Source: Isurus oxyrinchus (lineage: Eukaryota). From it: DNA of 64,000 nucleotides. Shown piece by piece: positions 12,801 to 23,030 of this stretch (position 1 is its first letter; the number at the start of each line of letters is the position of its first letter). The stretch spans positions 682,001 through 746,000 of the forward strand of contig JANJGN010000071.1 of the NCBI GenBank assembly GCA_026770705.1, in the 5' to 3' direction. The notes below the pieces were generated by a model. That model saw only the letters and a program-made list of their open reading frames with translations, was not told the origin of the DNA and did not search any database. A program made the position numbers and the translations under genes.

Positions 12801-15353
12801 ACCGACTATCTGAATTCAGAATGTTTAAACAGCGTACAGAGCTCTGGTTTCCTGATTCAGCTGTGACTGAACCAGACGAGCCACCCATAAAAATTCACCT
12901 CGCGATTGGGAATGAAGGTCTACACAGGCTGCACACGTCAGGATTAACAGCAGAAGAGCGAAAGGATCCCCAATAGATATGGACGACATTGGAAGACAGG
13001 TTCAGAATCAGGTTAAACTTCATATTCATCAACTAGAGTTTATGTCATTTCATCAGCTTACACAATCCATAGATCACTTCATCAGCCGATGTAGAGAAAA
13101 GGGTACGCACTGTGATTTCAAACACAGAGCCTGCAGACAGAGTTGTTGAGTTGGTGATCGCATCCACTCCCATGGAAGGCTTCCAGAAAGATCTGCTAGA
13201 TAAGACCAAAACCTACAGCATTGAAGAGCTACTCAAGGATGGACATAAATACGAAGTGATCCTCGCAGGTCAACGAAGCTTACAGGTCCTCAGTACAACA
13301 TCAATTGTTGACACACTCACTAGAACATCCAGACCTAGTGAGACGTGTGGAAGGTGTGGCCTTCTGCAGGCACCAAGGAAATGCCCAGCTTTCCACCAAT
13401 CCTGCAAGGCTTGTGGCAGAAAGGGCCATTGACAGCGGCAGGGCACTAGAGCAAAGGCTGATGCCGCTACAGAGAGCCGTGCGCTGATCCAAACTAACCC
13501 TACACAACGGGGAACCTTCAAGCAATAAGAATGACCATCCGCTATCCCATCAGGAACATATACATGTGGTGACTGACAAACCAGGAAATGGCGATGATGT
13601 GCACGGGAGACGAGGAGCGGTGATCGATATTCTACCTCTCACACATATCCTGACGTGGCTTGCCAATAAATTGTGGATTGAGGTCTTTATTGATCTCTCT
13701 GGGCACATCAAATAAACGGAAAATGTCCCAAGGGGTGGGATTTGCTGGCCCCACCCACTGCCAGGATTGTCCGGACCAGCCGAAAGCCAAAGGATTTATG
13801 TCTGTCCCAGTCTCAGAAACTACTCCATCACCTCAGTTCATGACATAACATTGAAATATGCAGAAAGTTTCAACAATATTGGCAATTTCAAGGGAGCTGG
13901 AACATCACACCTGCAGGAGAATGCAAGTCTGTCAGACTCCTTGCATTAAAATAATTGCAATCCAACTTTGCCATTCTATCTTCTGCCAATAATTTCTCTG
14001 CCTTCCAGGTTCATTTGCTCTCTCTTCTAATTTTGGCTGTGCATCTCCCTTTGGTCAACCTCTTCTTGGGATCCCATCCCCTGCCATGTTAGTTTAAAGC
14101 CTCCCCAGTTGCATCAAGGGTAAAATGCCAATTGAAACAAGGGGCAACATCGATGAATGACAATCCCACAGATCAATGTGAGCAATTAAAGACACCTCCA
14201 GACAAGGTTCCCACCACAAGACCTGGGCGTAACAGCAGATTACCTCTATGCTTTAGAGACTTAAATATTCAACAGATCTATACATTTATGTAATTGTCAA
14301 GAATTATGAAAATGATACCAGAAACCTCTTGTTCCCTGTCCTTCTCAAAGATCCATCCCTGCAGCGGGAGCCTGAAGAGTTATTGATGTGGGGCTTAATT
14401 TGTCAGATTGTAGAATGATCTGGAACAGAAGGAAGCCATTTGGTCCATCGAGCCTGCGCTGGGCCTTTGAAAGATCTGTCCAATTAGTCCCACTGTCACC
14501 TCTGCTCTCTCCTCCACAGCCCTGCAAAATGTCCCCTTCAAGTATTTATCCAGTTCCCCTTCTGAAAGTTCCTGTTGAATCTGCTTCCACCGCCCTTTCA
14601 GGCAGTGAGTCAATGGTCTCTCTCTGAGCTGCAAAGTGCTCAGATTCTGTGAAATTTAAACTCTGCAGCAGGTCAGAGACAATTATGATAACTCAGAATA
14701 TTTGACAGTTCTACATATAGACAGCTTTGCCTCCCTTGTCTCTTTCAGTTATCTTGCTCCCTTATTGAAGTATCTAGCATGGTGAGAATGGACAGGAAGT
14801 GTGACACTGAACAGCCTGTCTATTCTAGGAGCTGCTGTGTTGTCTTCATGGGAAGTCCTGACTTAGATCAGCAAAAGACACAAAATTTCAGGGCATTGTT
14901 ATCCGTGTCCTAGCATCAGGATAGACTTCATCCCCCAGTTTTTATCCCTGATTCTCTATTCAGCCGATCGCTTCCCTGTCACTCACTGACCTACACTGAC
15001 TCCCAGTACAGCAATGACTCAAATTTCAAATTCTCATCATCGATTTCTTACCACACCATCACCCCTCTACACTCTCTATCTGTGTAACCTCCTCCAACCC
15101 TAAAACCCTCTGAGATCTCTGCTCTCCTCCAATTCTGCTGTCAGACATGGAGTCAGTGTATATCAGTGAGCACAGGGGTGATGGGTGAATGGGACTTGGT
15201 GTGTGTTTGTACACTGGCTCACTGCTGAATCGTTTCCCAATCACAGCTCAATAAGAATGATCTTTTACAAAGACTATTAACCATAAATCTGTCCAAGCTG
15301 ATGATGTTATTACCTTGGAGAAGTGACAGGAGGAAGTAAGATTTCCCGATCAT
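719..15353 (-). CDS. Gene A: Siglec-like (MAG/CD33-type) Ig receptor, leader-V1-V2-C2-C2-TM; 3' partial (cytoplasmic exons outside window); putative inhibitory-type member
   Basis: Six exons with canonical AG/GT sites and compatible phases: 15353-15314, 9316-8942, 6312-5944, 5130-4834, 2318-2025, 815-719. V-set domains have the Siglec Cys pattern (GSCVQIPC...GDCSL, no F-strand Cys) and YxFRIE. The TM is uncharged and ends at a phase-2 donor. Confidence 0.88.
1320..1675. repeat. AT-rich minisatellite (~38 bp, ATTTATATATAATATTT...AATCTATGTAAC)
   Basis: About 9 degenerate tandem units. Confidence 0.8.
2025..2318 (-). CDS. Gene A membrane-proximal Ig C2 exon (MAG Ig5-like: YKPEISQQSECTRRSEVVTCICVATSNPP...CSVQNPHG)
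   Basis: 294 bp, phase 1-1, cctcag| and |gtgaga. Has the C-x8-CxC-x3-SNP pattern typical of Siglec/MAG membrane-proximal domains. Confidence 0.87.
2440..3160 (+). mobile_element. L2-type LINE 3' fragment with internal 37 bp minisatellite expansion (~2617-3045)
   Basis: LHWLPV motif plus tandem CCCCTACAACCCTCCCTATCTCTGTAACCTCCTCCAG. Confidence 0.75.
3180..4240 (+). mobile_element. Penelope-like element 3' part (GIY-YIG endonuclease plus pLTR tail)
   Basis: NLIYCIRCSQCGLLYIGDT..RLGDR..EHLR..PVACHF..EQHLIF..GTLQP..LN. Degenerate hammerhead-like tail CTGAAGA near 4179. Confidence 0.85.
4242..4500 (+). mobile_element. RTE-like LINE C-terminal fragment
   Basis: MLRISWMDRKTNE..RK..YG..KR..L...IEG. 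Confidence 0.6.
4834..5130 (-). CDS. Gene A Ig C2-set exon (DFTDKPTIFP...VSCTFNTTC...LSCRV...LTVQ)
   Basis: 297 bp, phase 1-1, tgttag| and |gtaaat. Contains C-x5-C, the Siglec domain-2 interdomain Cys. Confidence 0.9.
5944..6312 (-). CDS. Gene A V-set exon 2 (Siglec-type)
   Basis: 369 bp open exon, ccccag| and |gtaagt. Motifs GSCVQIPC, GDCSL, YFFRIE. Confidence 0.9.
6365..7160 (+). mobile_element. CR1 LINE 3' fragment (antisense in gene A V1-V2 intron)
   Basis: QRDLGVLVHESQK..KASGMLAFI..RRNFLSQR..LWNSLPQRAVEA. Duplicated with the gene units. Confidence 0.85.
7400..7670. repeat. 37 bp L2-derived minisatellite
   Basis: Tandem GTAGGGGCTGGAGGAGGTTACAGAGATAGGGAGG(G/A)TT. Confidence 0.85.
7730..8665 (-). 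mobile_element. L2 LINE reverse-transcriptase fragment
   Basis: PISSL..SKVLER..LQSG..ETALIKVTN..LLVLLDLSAAFDT..QLNIGKTE, frameshifted. Confidence 0.85.
8942..9316 (-). CDS. Gene A V-set exon 1 (Siglec-type)
   Basis: 375 bp open exon, ccgtag| and |gtaagt. Motifs GSCVQIPC, GDCSL, YYFRIE. Confidence 0.9.
9720..11965 (+). mobile_element. Two adjacent solo-LTR-like elements (9720-10644; 10649-11965)
   Basis: TGT...AACA ends, internal AATAAA, non-coding. The second is also at 26197-27488 and 44410-45720. Confidence 0.45.
12140..14280 (+). mobile_element. Degraded Gypsy LTR retrotransposon (gag plus pol remnants)
   Basis: Gag-like FPSLNWD..FRMFKQR and double zinc knuckle CGRCG..CPA...CKACGRKGH, with stops and frameshifts. 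Confidence 0.78.
15314..15353 (-). CDS. Gene A leader (signal peptide) coding exon MIGKSYFLLSLLQ
   Basis: ATG at 15353-15351 in gacaATG context, 40 coding nt, phase-1 donor |gtaata. Splices in frame to V1 giving MIGKSYFLLSLLQ-VGLSQ-VW. Acceptor near 15396. Confidence 0.82.
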
Positions 15354-15803
15354 TGTCCACTCCCAGATATTTCATTAGCTTCTGACTTTCAAACTCTGAA
15401 AGAGAAAGGAGTTAAATAGACCTCACCTCTTGTCCGACAGCTCTCAAGAGATCAGAACTGCTTTTGGACAATGTCTTGACAGACTAATTTAATTCTCTGT
15501 GGGATGATAGGTACTCTGCAGAGAGTTACAAGGCTTTAAGAAAGAAAAACATTGAAGGATTTGCATTTCTATTGCACCTTTCACCACCTCAAGACGTCCC
15601 AAAGCTCATGTCTCTGCAATTCCCTCATCCCTTGAGCTAGAAAGATATTCTGTACAACAGACTTGAGCCTCACACCCTGATCTCAATAATCAGTAGAAAT
15701 CTTTCAAATGCATCAATCATTGGAATCTGTCTTTATAAAGTCACAACATCAACAAAGGACGGTGTTGGTCATGGAAGTGAATTCCAATCGTTCCGTTACT
15801 TAC

Positions 15804-15944
15804 CCAGGACCCGTCCGACTGCTCGTCTGGAGAGGAACTGCCCACCCGCTCTGCTTGAGCTGAATGACCTCTTCCTGTGCTGCTCCCTCTGTGTGTTTAA
15901 TTAGAAAGGGTGGATGTGTCACTGTGAGACAAAATGAGGAAGTG
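15804..15944 (-). promoter_or_regulatory. Gene A putative non-coding exon 1 and proximal promoter with PU.1/ETS motif
   Basis: Strong donor CTGG|gtaagt at 15803. AAAATGAGGAAGTG at 15931-15944. Block conserved in all three gene copies. Confidence 0.55.
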
Positions 15945-16164
15945 GGTAACCAGTGAGAAGATCGAGGATGTTTTGTGCTCTCAGCAAAACGTTTACCAAC
16001 TGATGATCTGTCAGCTCATATATGGGCATCTATAGTCATGAAGCTTCTCCATTGGCTCCGTGGGATTAGACTCCTCCCCCTCACCTCGGAGGCTGAAACT
16101 CAGGCGATAAGAGTTCCCAATACAGGTCTCTGGCCTTATGATTCATTTCAACGATCCCTGTTAT

Positions 16165-17150
16165 CATTACGGAGGGAGTGCTGCACTGTCAGTGGGACAG
16201 TACTGTGGGAGTGCTGCACTGTGGGAGAGTCAGTACTGAGGGAGTGCTGCACTAGCAGAGGGTCAGTAATGTGGGGGTGCTGCAATATCAGAGGGTGAGC
16301 AATGTGGGAGTGCTGCATTGTCAGAGGTTCAGTAATGAGGGAGTGCTGCAATGTAGGAGGGACAGTAGTGAGGGAGTGCTGCACTGTCAGAGGGTCAGTA
16401 ATGTGGGAGTGCTGCACTGTCAGAGGGTCAGTAATGAGGGAGTGCTGCACTATCAGATGGTCAGTAATGTGGGAGTGCTGAACAGTCAGCGTGTCTGTAC
16501 TGAGTGAGTTCCACACAGTCGGAGGCTCAGTATTGAGGGGGTGCCGGACTGTGGGATGGTTAATACTGAGGTAGAGCGGAGTAAGAGCAGATATCCTTTC
16601 ATGGCAAAGTTTAACTGGAATTTATTTAAACACTTGTACTGTGTGTTATTGCAAAAGAAAGGATTTGAGGAACTAAGTCTTGTTCCCGTAAGCCTAAAAA
16701 TAATTTTCACTGATTTCAATGATGTAGCAATGAAACCTCCCTCTTTGGGCACCAATCTTGATTGAAACAACTTGCGCAGCACAGTGGGAGTACTGATAGA
16801 GTGCTGCACTGTGGGAGGTTGAGTACTGAGGGAGTGCTGCACTGTCAGAGAGTCTGTACCACGGGAGTGCTGAACTGTCGGAAGGTCAGTAGTGAGGGAG
16901 GGATACAGTGTCAGAGAATCAGTACTGAGGGAGTGCTGTACTGTGGGTGGGTGAGTACTGAGGGAGTGCTGCACTGTCAGATTGTCAGCCATGAGGGAAT
17001 GCTGCACTGTCAGAAGGTTAGTGCTGACGGGGTGCTGCACTTGAAAAGGGTCAATAATGAGGTTGTGCAGCACTGTCAAAGGGACAGTAATGAGGGAGCG
17101 CTGCACTGACGGAGGGTCAGCACTGAGGAAACGCTGCACTGTCAGTTCTG
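16165..17150. repeat. 33 bp minisatellite arrays (GAGGGAGTGCTGCACTGTCAGAGGGTCAGTAAT-like), two blocks
   Basis: Tandem units giving the 11-aa periodic ORFs (TVQHSL..DP). Confidence 0.85.
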
Positions 17151-17502
17151 ATTGTGGTCCGCAATGTCCTAAGTGCATTCTAGGCACAGCCCAAGATTCC
17201 GCCTGATGTCTGTGTAACAACAACATCATGTACAAGTCAAGAATAATTCTCACTGTGTCAGTGCAGCAAGACAGCTTTGGAATGGCACCACCACTGGCAG
17301 GAGTGTGCAACTACAATGTGACATGTTTACATTGGAAATTTCTATTATAAAGATGGGCAATGGAATTCATATCATGGAGAAAATGTGACAACATGAAGTA
17401 ATGTCTTTGAGCCAAGAATTTGGCTGCAAAATAAGAATTTTAATCTATAAATATCTACAGAACAGGCTGAGCATTTTAATCACTTGAGTTAATCAATGTA
17501 AT

Positions 17503-17508
17503 TTTATT
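17503..17508 (-). terminator. Putative polyadenylation signal of gene B
   Basis: AATAAA on the minus strand, homologous to AATAAA at 55935-55940 downstream of gene C. Confidence 0.5.
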
Positions 17509-17874
17509 CATAACCTAAATGCCTCCTACAATCTATCGCAGCATGAAAAAGGTGCAGTATTCAGAAAGCACATTCCAATCAGAGAACAGAGTTTAGCAAC
17601 GTCACAGTTCTGTTCATTCCTATTCGACCATGTTGGCTGCACACAGCCAGATAATGCCGTGGTTATGATGTGTCCACACAGCAGGACTGGGGAGCACGAG
17701 GTATAAGGAAAAGTTTCAGCTTGCTGAGGAGAAGAAGGAGAATCTCTCGTTCCAGGTTTCTCTCCGTACATTAAGAAGCAGGCATGCCGATGTTTCATTG
17801 CACTCTGTCTGCTGATGGGAGTCCGCTTGGAAATTGCTGTTTGTGCTGATGGAAAGAATAAGCTTTTCATAAAT

Positions 17875-18470
17875 CGAGGGATTGAGAACAAACACAGGGA
17901 GGTTATGTTGAACATTTATAAAGCTCTGGTTAGGTGACAACTAGAGTATTGTGTCCAGTTCTGGTCTCCTCACTTTGGGAAGGAAGTGAGGGTCCTTGAG
18001 AGGGTGGGGAGGAGATTGAGCAGAATGGGTCCAGGGATGAGGGATTTTAGCTACAAGGTTGGGTTGGAGAAGCTGGGGTTGTTCTCCATGGAGTAAAGGA
18101 GATTGAGGGGGGATCTGATCGAGGTCTACAAGATGATGATGGGTTTAGATAACGGTAGACAAAGAGAAGCTGTTGCCATTAGCTGATGGTACAAGGACTG
18201 GGGGACACAGATTGAAGGTTTTGGGCAGAGGGGGGATGTGAGGAGGAACCTTTTTACACAGCAAGTGGTAATGAGCTGGAACTCGCTGCCTACGAGGATG
18301 GTGGAAGCGGAGACGATGAACGATTTCAAAAGGAAATTGGATGGACACTTGAGGGGAAATAAACTTGAAGAGATACAGGGATAGAGTGGGGGAATGGAAC
18401 TGACTGGATTGCTCTACAGAGAGACAGCATGGAGTCGATGGGCCAAATGCCGTTCTTCTGTTCCATGATG
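17875..18470 (+). mobile_element. CR1 LINE 3' fragment within gene B 3' UTR (antisense)
   Basis: IYKALVR..LEYCVQFWSP..RLRGDLIEVYK. Confidence 0.8.
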
Positions 18471-18491
18471 AGATTGTTGCTGTACAATGCT

Positions 18492-18631
18492 TCAAACAGT
18501 CTGTCGACTTCCTTTCACTGTTTGTTCCTCCCAGACACAGACTCCAGCGATAGTGATAACCACAGCCACAAGGAATATCACAGCTCGTATTCCCAGGATC
18601 AGGATCACGTGCAGAATCTCTCCTCCACTGT
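18492..18631 (-). CDS. Gene B terminal TM exon with intramembrane Arg and short tail (DSGGEILHVILILGIRAVIFLVAVVITIAGVCVWEEQTVKGSRQTV*)
   Basis: ctctag| acceptor, phase 1. CGA (Arg) at 18587-18585. TGA at 18494-18492. Confidence 0.85.
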
Positions 18632-20790
18632 CTAGAGAACACACAGAAAGAAATCATCACTGACTCTCCGCTTTCAATCTCTCACTCTGGCTGAACAATC
18701 AAGCTTTATATCACTGCAACATTTGCTGTAATATTGACCCATCCACTGGGATTCAATGTGGAATGAATGTTTTCATTGTAAACTCTCTAAGAGTGGACAA
18801 TCGGAACTTTCCCCTTAGCGTGGAACATTGTTGAGAATGGAACATTGTGCTGTTGGACTCCCTGTCCAATGTTTCTCTCCATCGCTGTGTACAGGATTGT
18901 GCTGTAGAAAATTCTGGAAACATTTAGTGCAGGGTGGAAATCCATCTCGGACGCGTGTGCGAATCGGGCAGGATCGAGATGGACTCCCCCATGGACTTAC
19001 ACCCCCCGCTTAATAAACAGTTCCAATCTTTACCCAGAGAGAGGGGAGAATGTGGAACTCGCTCCCACAGGGAGTTGTCGAGGTGAACAGTATCGATGTA
19101 TTTACGGGGCAGGAGGGTCGGTAACCAGAGGGACACAGATTGACGAACTGGAGGGGGAGATGAGGAGAATTTGTTTTGACAGAGCGAGTTGTTGTGATCT
19201 GGAAGGTGCTGCCTGAAAGGGCGGTGGAAGCAGATTCAATAGGAACTTTCAAAAGGGAAATTGGATAAACACTTGAAGGAGGAAGATGGGGGCAAAGTGG
19301 AGTGGTGGTTAGTGGATCTGATGGGATAGAACATTGAAAGACCTGGCACAGGCACAATGGGCTGAATGACTTCCTCCTGTGCTGTATCATTCTCTGCTTC
19401 CATGATCTCTCCCCCAGTCAGTAACCACTCCAGATCCCTCTTGAAGGCAACAGAGCAACAGCAACCACCACACCCACAGACAGCACATTCCCGAGGATCA
19501 CTGCTCTCTGGGAAAAGATGAACTCCCCAACATCCAGCCTATTCCTGCTTCCCAGAGAGTGTAAACCCTTCAGGGAGGCACTGAGGAAGTTTTCAATAAA
19601 ATGACATCAAATCTACCATTTGAGAAATACTTTAATTCCGATGAACTCACAGCTTGTGAGGCAAACTGGGAAGTGGATTTGCTTGAAAAGCTGAGAGATG
19701 CAAGGGTTAAGTTCTACTGTGCACCACTGGTGGTACAGTGTAACTACAGCGTGACGTTTACATAGGCAATCCCTATTATAAACAAGGACATTGGACATCA
19801 GGTGAAATACGGGCACTGGAAAAGTGAGAACATGATGTAAGCTTTTCACCAATAGGAATTCCCTTCCTAAACCTCTCCACCTCTCTCTTACTCTCAGATA
19901 CTCAAACAAAATTTCACACAGATTCAGGTAAGGAAGAGTTGGGACAATTGACTGGTCAAAGGGTTAGGTTTCAGGAAGCTTCTTAAAGGAGGATAGAGAG
20001 TTGGAGAGACAGAGAGTATCTGTGAGTGTCTCTATGCATCTGAGTGTCTGTAATAGACTTTGCAATTTCCATATTCTTCCATAAACATGAAAGGGAACAG
20101 AAATCTCAGAATCCAGGTCAACTCTCCGGTGCAACACTGAGGGAGGTCAGGTAACCCACTGGGGAGTATTGTGCTAGTGTGTTTGTTTGTGTCTTTGTGT
20201 GTGCTCATATACAAGGGATTGTGTATCTGCAGGTGTCTATTTAGGGCTGTATATTTGTGTGTGTTTGTGTCATGTTTCAATCTGAGACAGATGATGAAAT
20301 CTGTGTGCACTCACATTCCACAGTGATGGTTATGAATCCCTCCACTGCTCCATGTTCATTCTCTGCCAAACACTGATAGTCTCCAGTGTCCCTGGATTTA
20401 ACGTGAGGAATCACCAACCACAGCTCATTGTTGGAACTTGTTCTGTTCATTGTGATATTCAGATATCAGGGCAGGACTCAACAAGACAGATCGCATGTTT
20501 ACCAACAGAGAGTGAACAACAATTTATATTTAAAGGGAAGAGAGTGCTGATTGGTTGGCAAGTGGTCTCTGATATGTGGATGTGTTGCCATGGAAAATAA
20601 TGTGTGTGAGATTTAAAGTTTAAACAGCTTGTCTCTTCATTCAGCAACAATCAAATAAAGATCAGTTAACTTCTATCGACTGTGAAGCACTTTGAGAGGC
20701 ATGAGAATGTGGACACTGAGAACGGGCTGCACTGTCAGAGGGTCAGCGCTGAGGGAGTGCTGATGTAGAATGAAGGATATCTCAACTTAC

Positions 20791-21087
20791 CTTGCACAGT
20801 TAGTACGAGGGTCCGCTCCGATGAAACAGATGGATATCTCACTCTGCAGCTGAGAGTGTGTCCGTGGTGTTTGAGTGATGGGATCAGGGTCAGAACAGAA
20901 GTATAGGTCAGAGTGACACCATGCTGAGTTACAGTGTTTGAGACTGATCCAGGTACGTCAGTGGGAGTGTCCCAGGTTAAGACAGGTGCTGCTGTTCCAT
21001 TGCACGTTGTGTTGAAGGTGCAGCTTACATCCACACGCTTTCCTGCAATAATTTCAGCAGGGAATATCATGGGTTTATCTGTGAAAT
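20791..21087 (-). CDS. Gene B Ig C2-set exon
   Basis: 297 bp, phase 1-1, near-identical to 4834-5130. Confidence 0.88.
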
Positions 21088-21815
21088 CTAACAGACAGAG
21101 AATGGATCCTTTTAGAGAAATATAACGTGAAGCATCAGTTCAAATAGAAACCACAGTCCCACAAGAGAAAGCACTTTTACAAGGATGATATCAGAACTGA
21201 GAGGTTACAATGATCAGGAGAGCATTTCCTGCTTTGACACTTTGGTGTTTCTGTCTCTCAGCTTAATACACGTTCACTCCGAGACACTTGAACTGATAAT
21301 AGTGGGTGAGGGTGGAGGAGCAGACCAGAGTTTGGAGTGCACTACCCCATCATTCACTCAGCGATCTGGGCCATTTATTACTTTGCAATTTGTGGGAGAT
21401 TGCTGTGCGCAAATTGGCTGCTGTGTTTCTCACATTACAACAGTAACTACAATTCAGGAATCAGCTCATTGGCTGTGAAGTGACTTAGTACATATTGAGG
21501 TGGTGAAAGGCTCCATAGAAATGTGAATCTTTCTTTTGTCGATATGTCAGACTTCGAGACAGGATTAGAGAGATCGACGCGAGTGGATAACCTGATAACA
21601 TTGATGGACACAGTCAATACATTTAATCATTGATATTAAAGTGAATATTAGACGTTGCTTTAGGACTGAACTGGAAGCTATCACCAGGTTATTGAGAATC
21701 AGACAGTGTGTTATAATAAGCTGTGTTTTGTGTTAATATGTAAACGTCACAGTTTGCGTTATTTCCCCTTGAGTGTTGAATGTGAATTGTTGAGTAATTA
21801 TAACACAGCACTTAC

Positions 21816-22181
21816 CAGAAATGTGAAGCTGGGTTGCAGGATAGTAGCTGTAACTATTACTGTTGTCAAATTCTATTCTGAAAAAATAAGGTCCTGCATC
21901 TTCCCGTCTGATGTTGTTTATAATCAGGGAACAGTCGCCATCTTTCAGGTCTCCAGACAGCCGGGTCCAATGGTGGAACCGTGGTAACTCGTGACTGTGA
22001 TCCTTGGAGTGAAAGGCTATAGACGATGTTCCCCGTTCCTCATTATTAAACCAGACTCCACCTCGTGGTTGGTTTTCCAGACACGATGGATAACTGTAAT
22101 GACATGGAATCTGTATACAGGAACCTTCCTGCGCTGTCACCTCTCGTGGAGTGTCACCTTTCCACTCTTGTGAGGGTTCAG
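21816..22181 (-). CDS. Gene B V-set exon 2
   Basis: 366 bp open exon with canonical splice sites and YFFRIE. Confidence 0.88.
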
Positions 22182-22231
22182 CTGGGGAGAGAAATATCAA
22201 TATTTAACTCTGGATGTTTTATGGATCCACT

Positions 22232-23030
22232 GAACCCGATATTTGCAGATGTGGCTGAATTGGGGGGATGGTCAATACTGAGGAGGAGTGCAACAAATTA
22301 TTTTGGCAGGAAGAATAGAAAAACAGGATATTATTTAAATGGAGACAGGCTGCAGAATGCAGTACAGAGGGATCTGGGTGTCCTTGTACATGAATCACAG
22401 AAAGTCAGCATTCAGGAACACCACGGAATGAGGAAGGCAAGTGGAATGTTGGCCTTTATTGCAAACGGATGGAGTATAAAAGGAGGGAAGTCTTGCAACA
22501 GCTGCACAGGGCGTTAGTGAGACTGTAACACGAACATTGTGTACAGGCAGTTCAGAGAAGCTTCACTGGGCTGATTCCTGGGATTAAAGGGTTTGTCCTG
22601 TGAGGAAATGTTGAGCAGGTTGGGCCTGTATCCATTGGAATTTAGAAGAATGAGGGGTGACCTTATTGAAACATATCCGATTCCGAGGGGGCTTGACAGG
22701 GTGGATGCTGGGAGGATGTTTCCCCCTCGTGGGGGAATCTAGAACCAGGGAGCACAGTTTCGGAATGAGGGCTCTCCCATTTAAGACTGAGATGAGGAGG
22801 AATTTCCTCTCTCAGAGGGGCGCTAGCCTGTGGAATTCTCTTCCCCAGAGAGCAGTGGAGGCTGGGCCATTGAATAGACTCAAGGCTGAGTGAGGCAGGT
22901 TTTTGATCGACAAGGGAGTCAAGGGTTTGGGGGACAGGCAGGAAAATGGAGTTAAGGCCACAACCAGATCAGTGAGAGCAGGCTCGAGGGGCCGAATGGC
23001 CTGCTCCTGTCCCTATTTCTTATGATCCTA
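22232..23030 (+). mobile_element. CR1 fragment (paralogous copy of 6365-7160)
   Basis: Near-identical sequence. Confidence 0.85.

Noticed and set aside
719-15353. Assigning the symbol MAG, CD22, CD33 or SIGLEC14
   Set aside because: The domain architecture (multiple V-set, 1-2 C2) matches none of them, and orthology cannot be established without a phylogeny.
18145-18660. Cys-rich ORF MMISFCVFSRQW... (and 55382-55594)
   Set aside because: Wrong frame. The phase-compatible frame of this exon is the TM-encoding one, and the ORF runs on into CR1 sequence.
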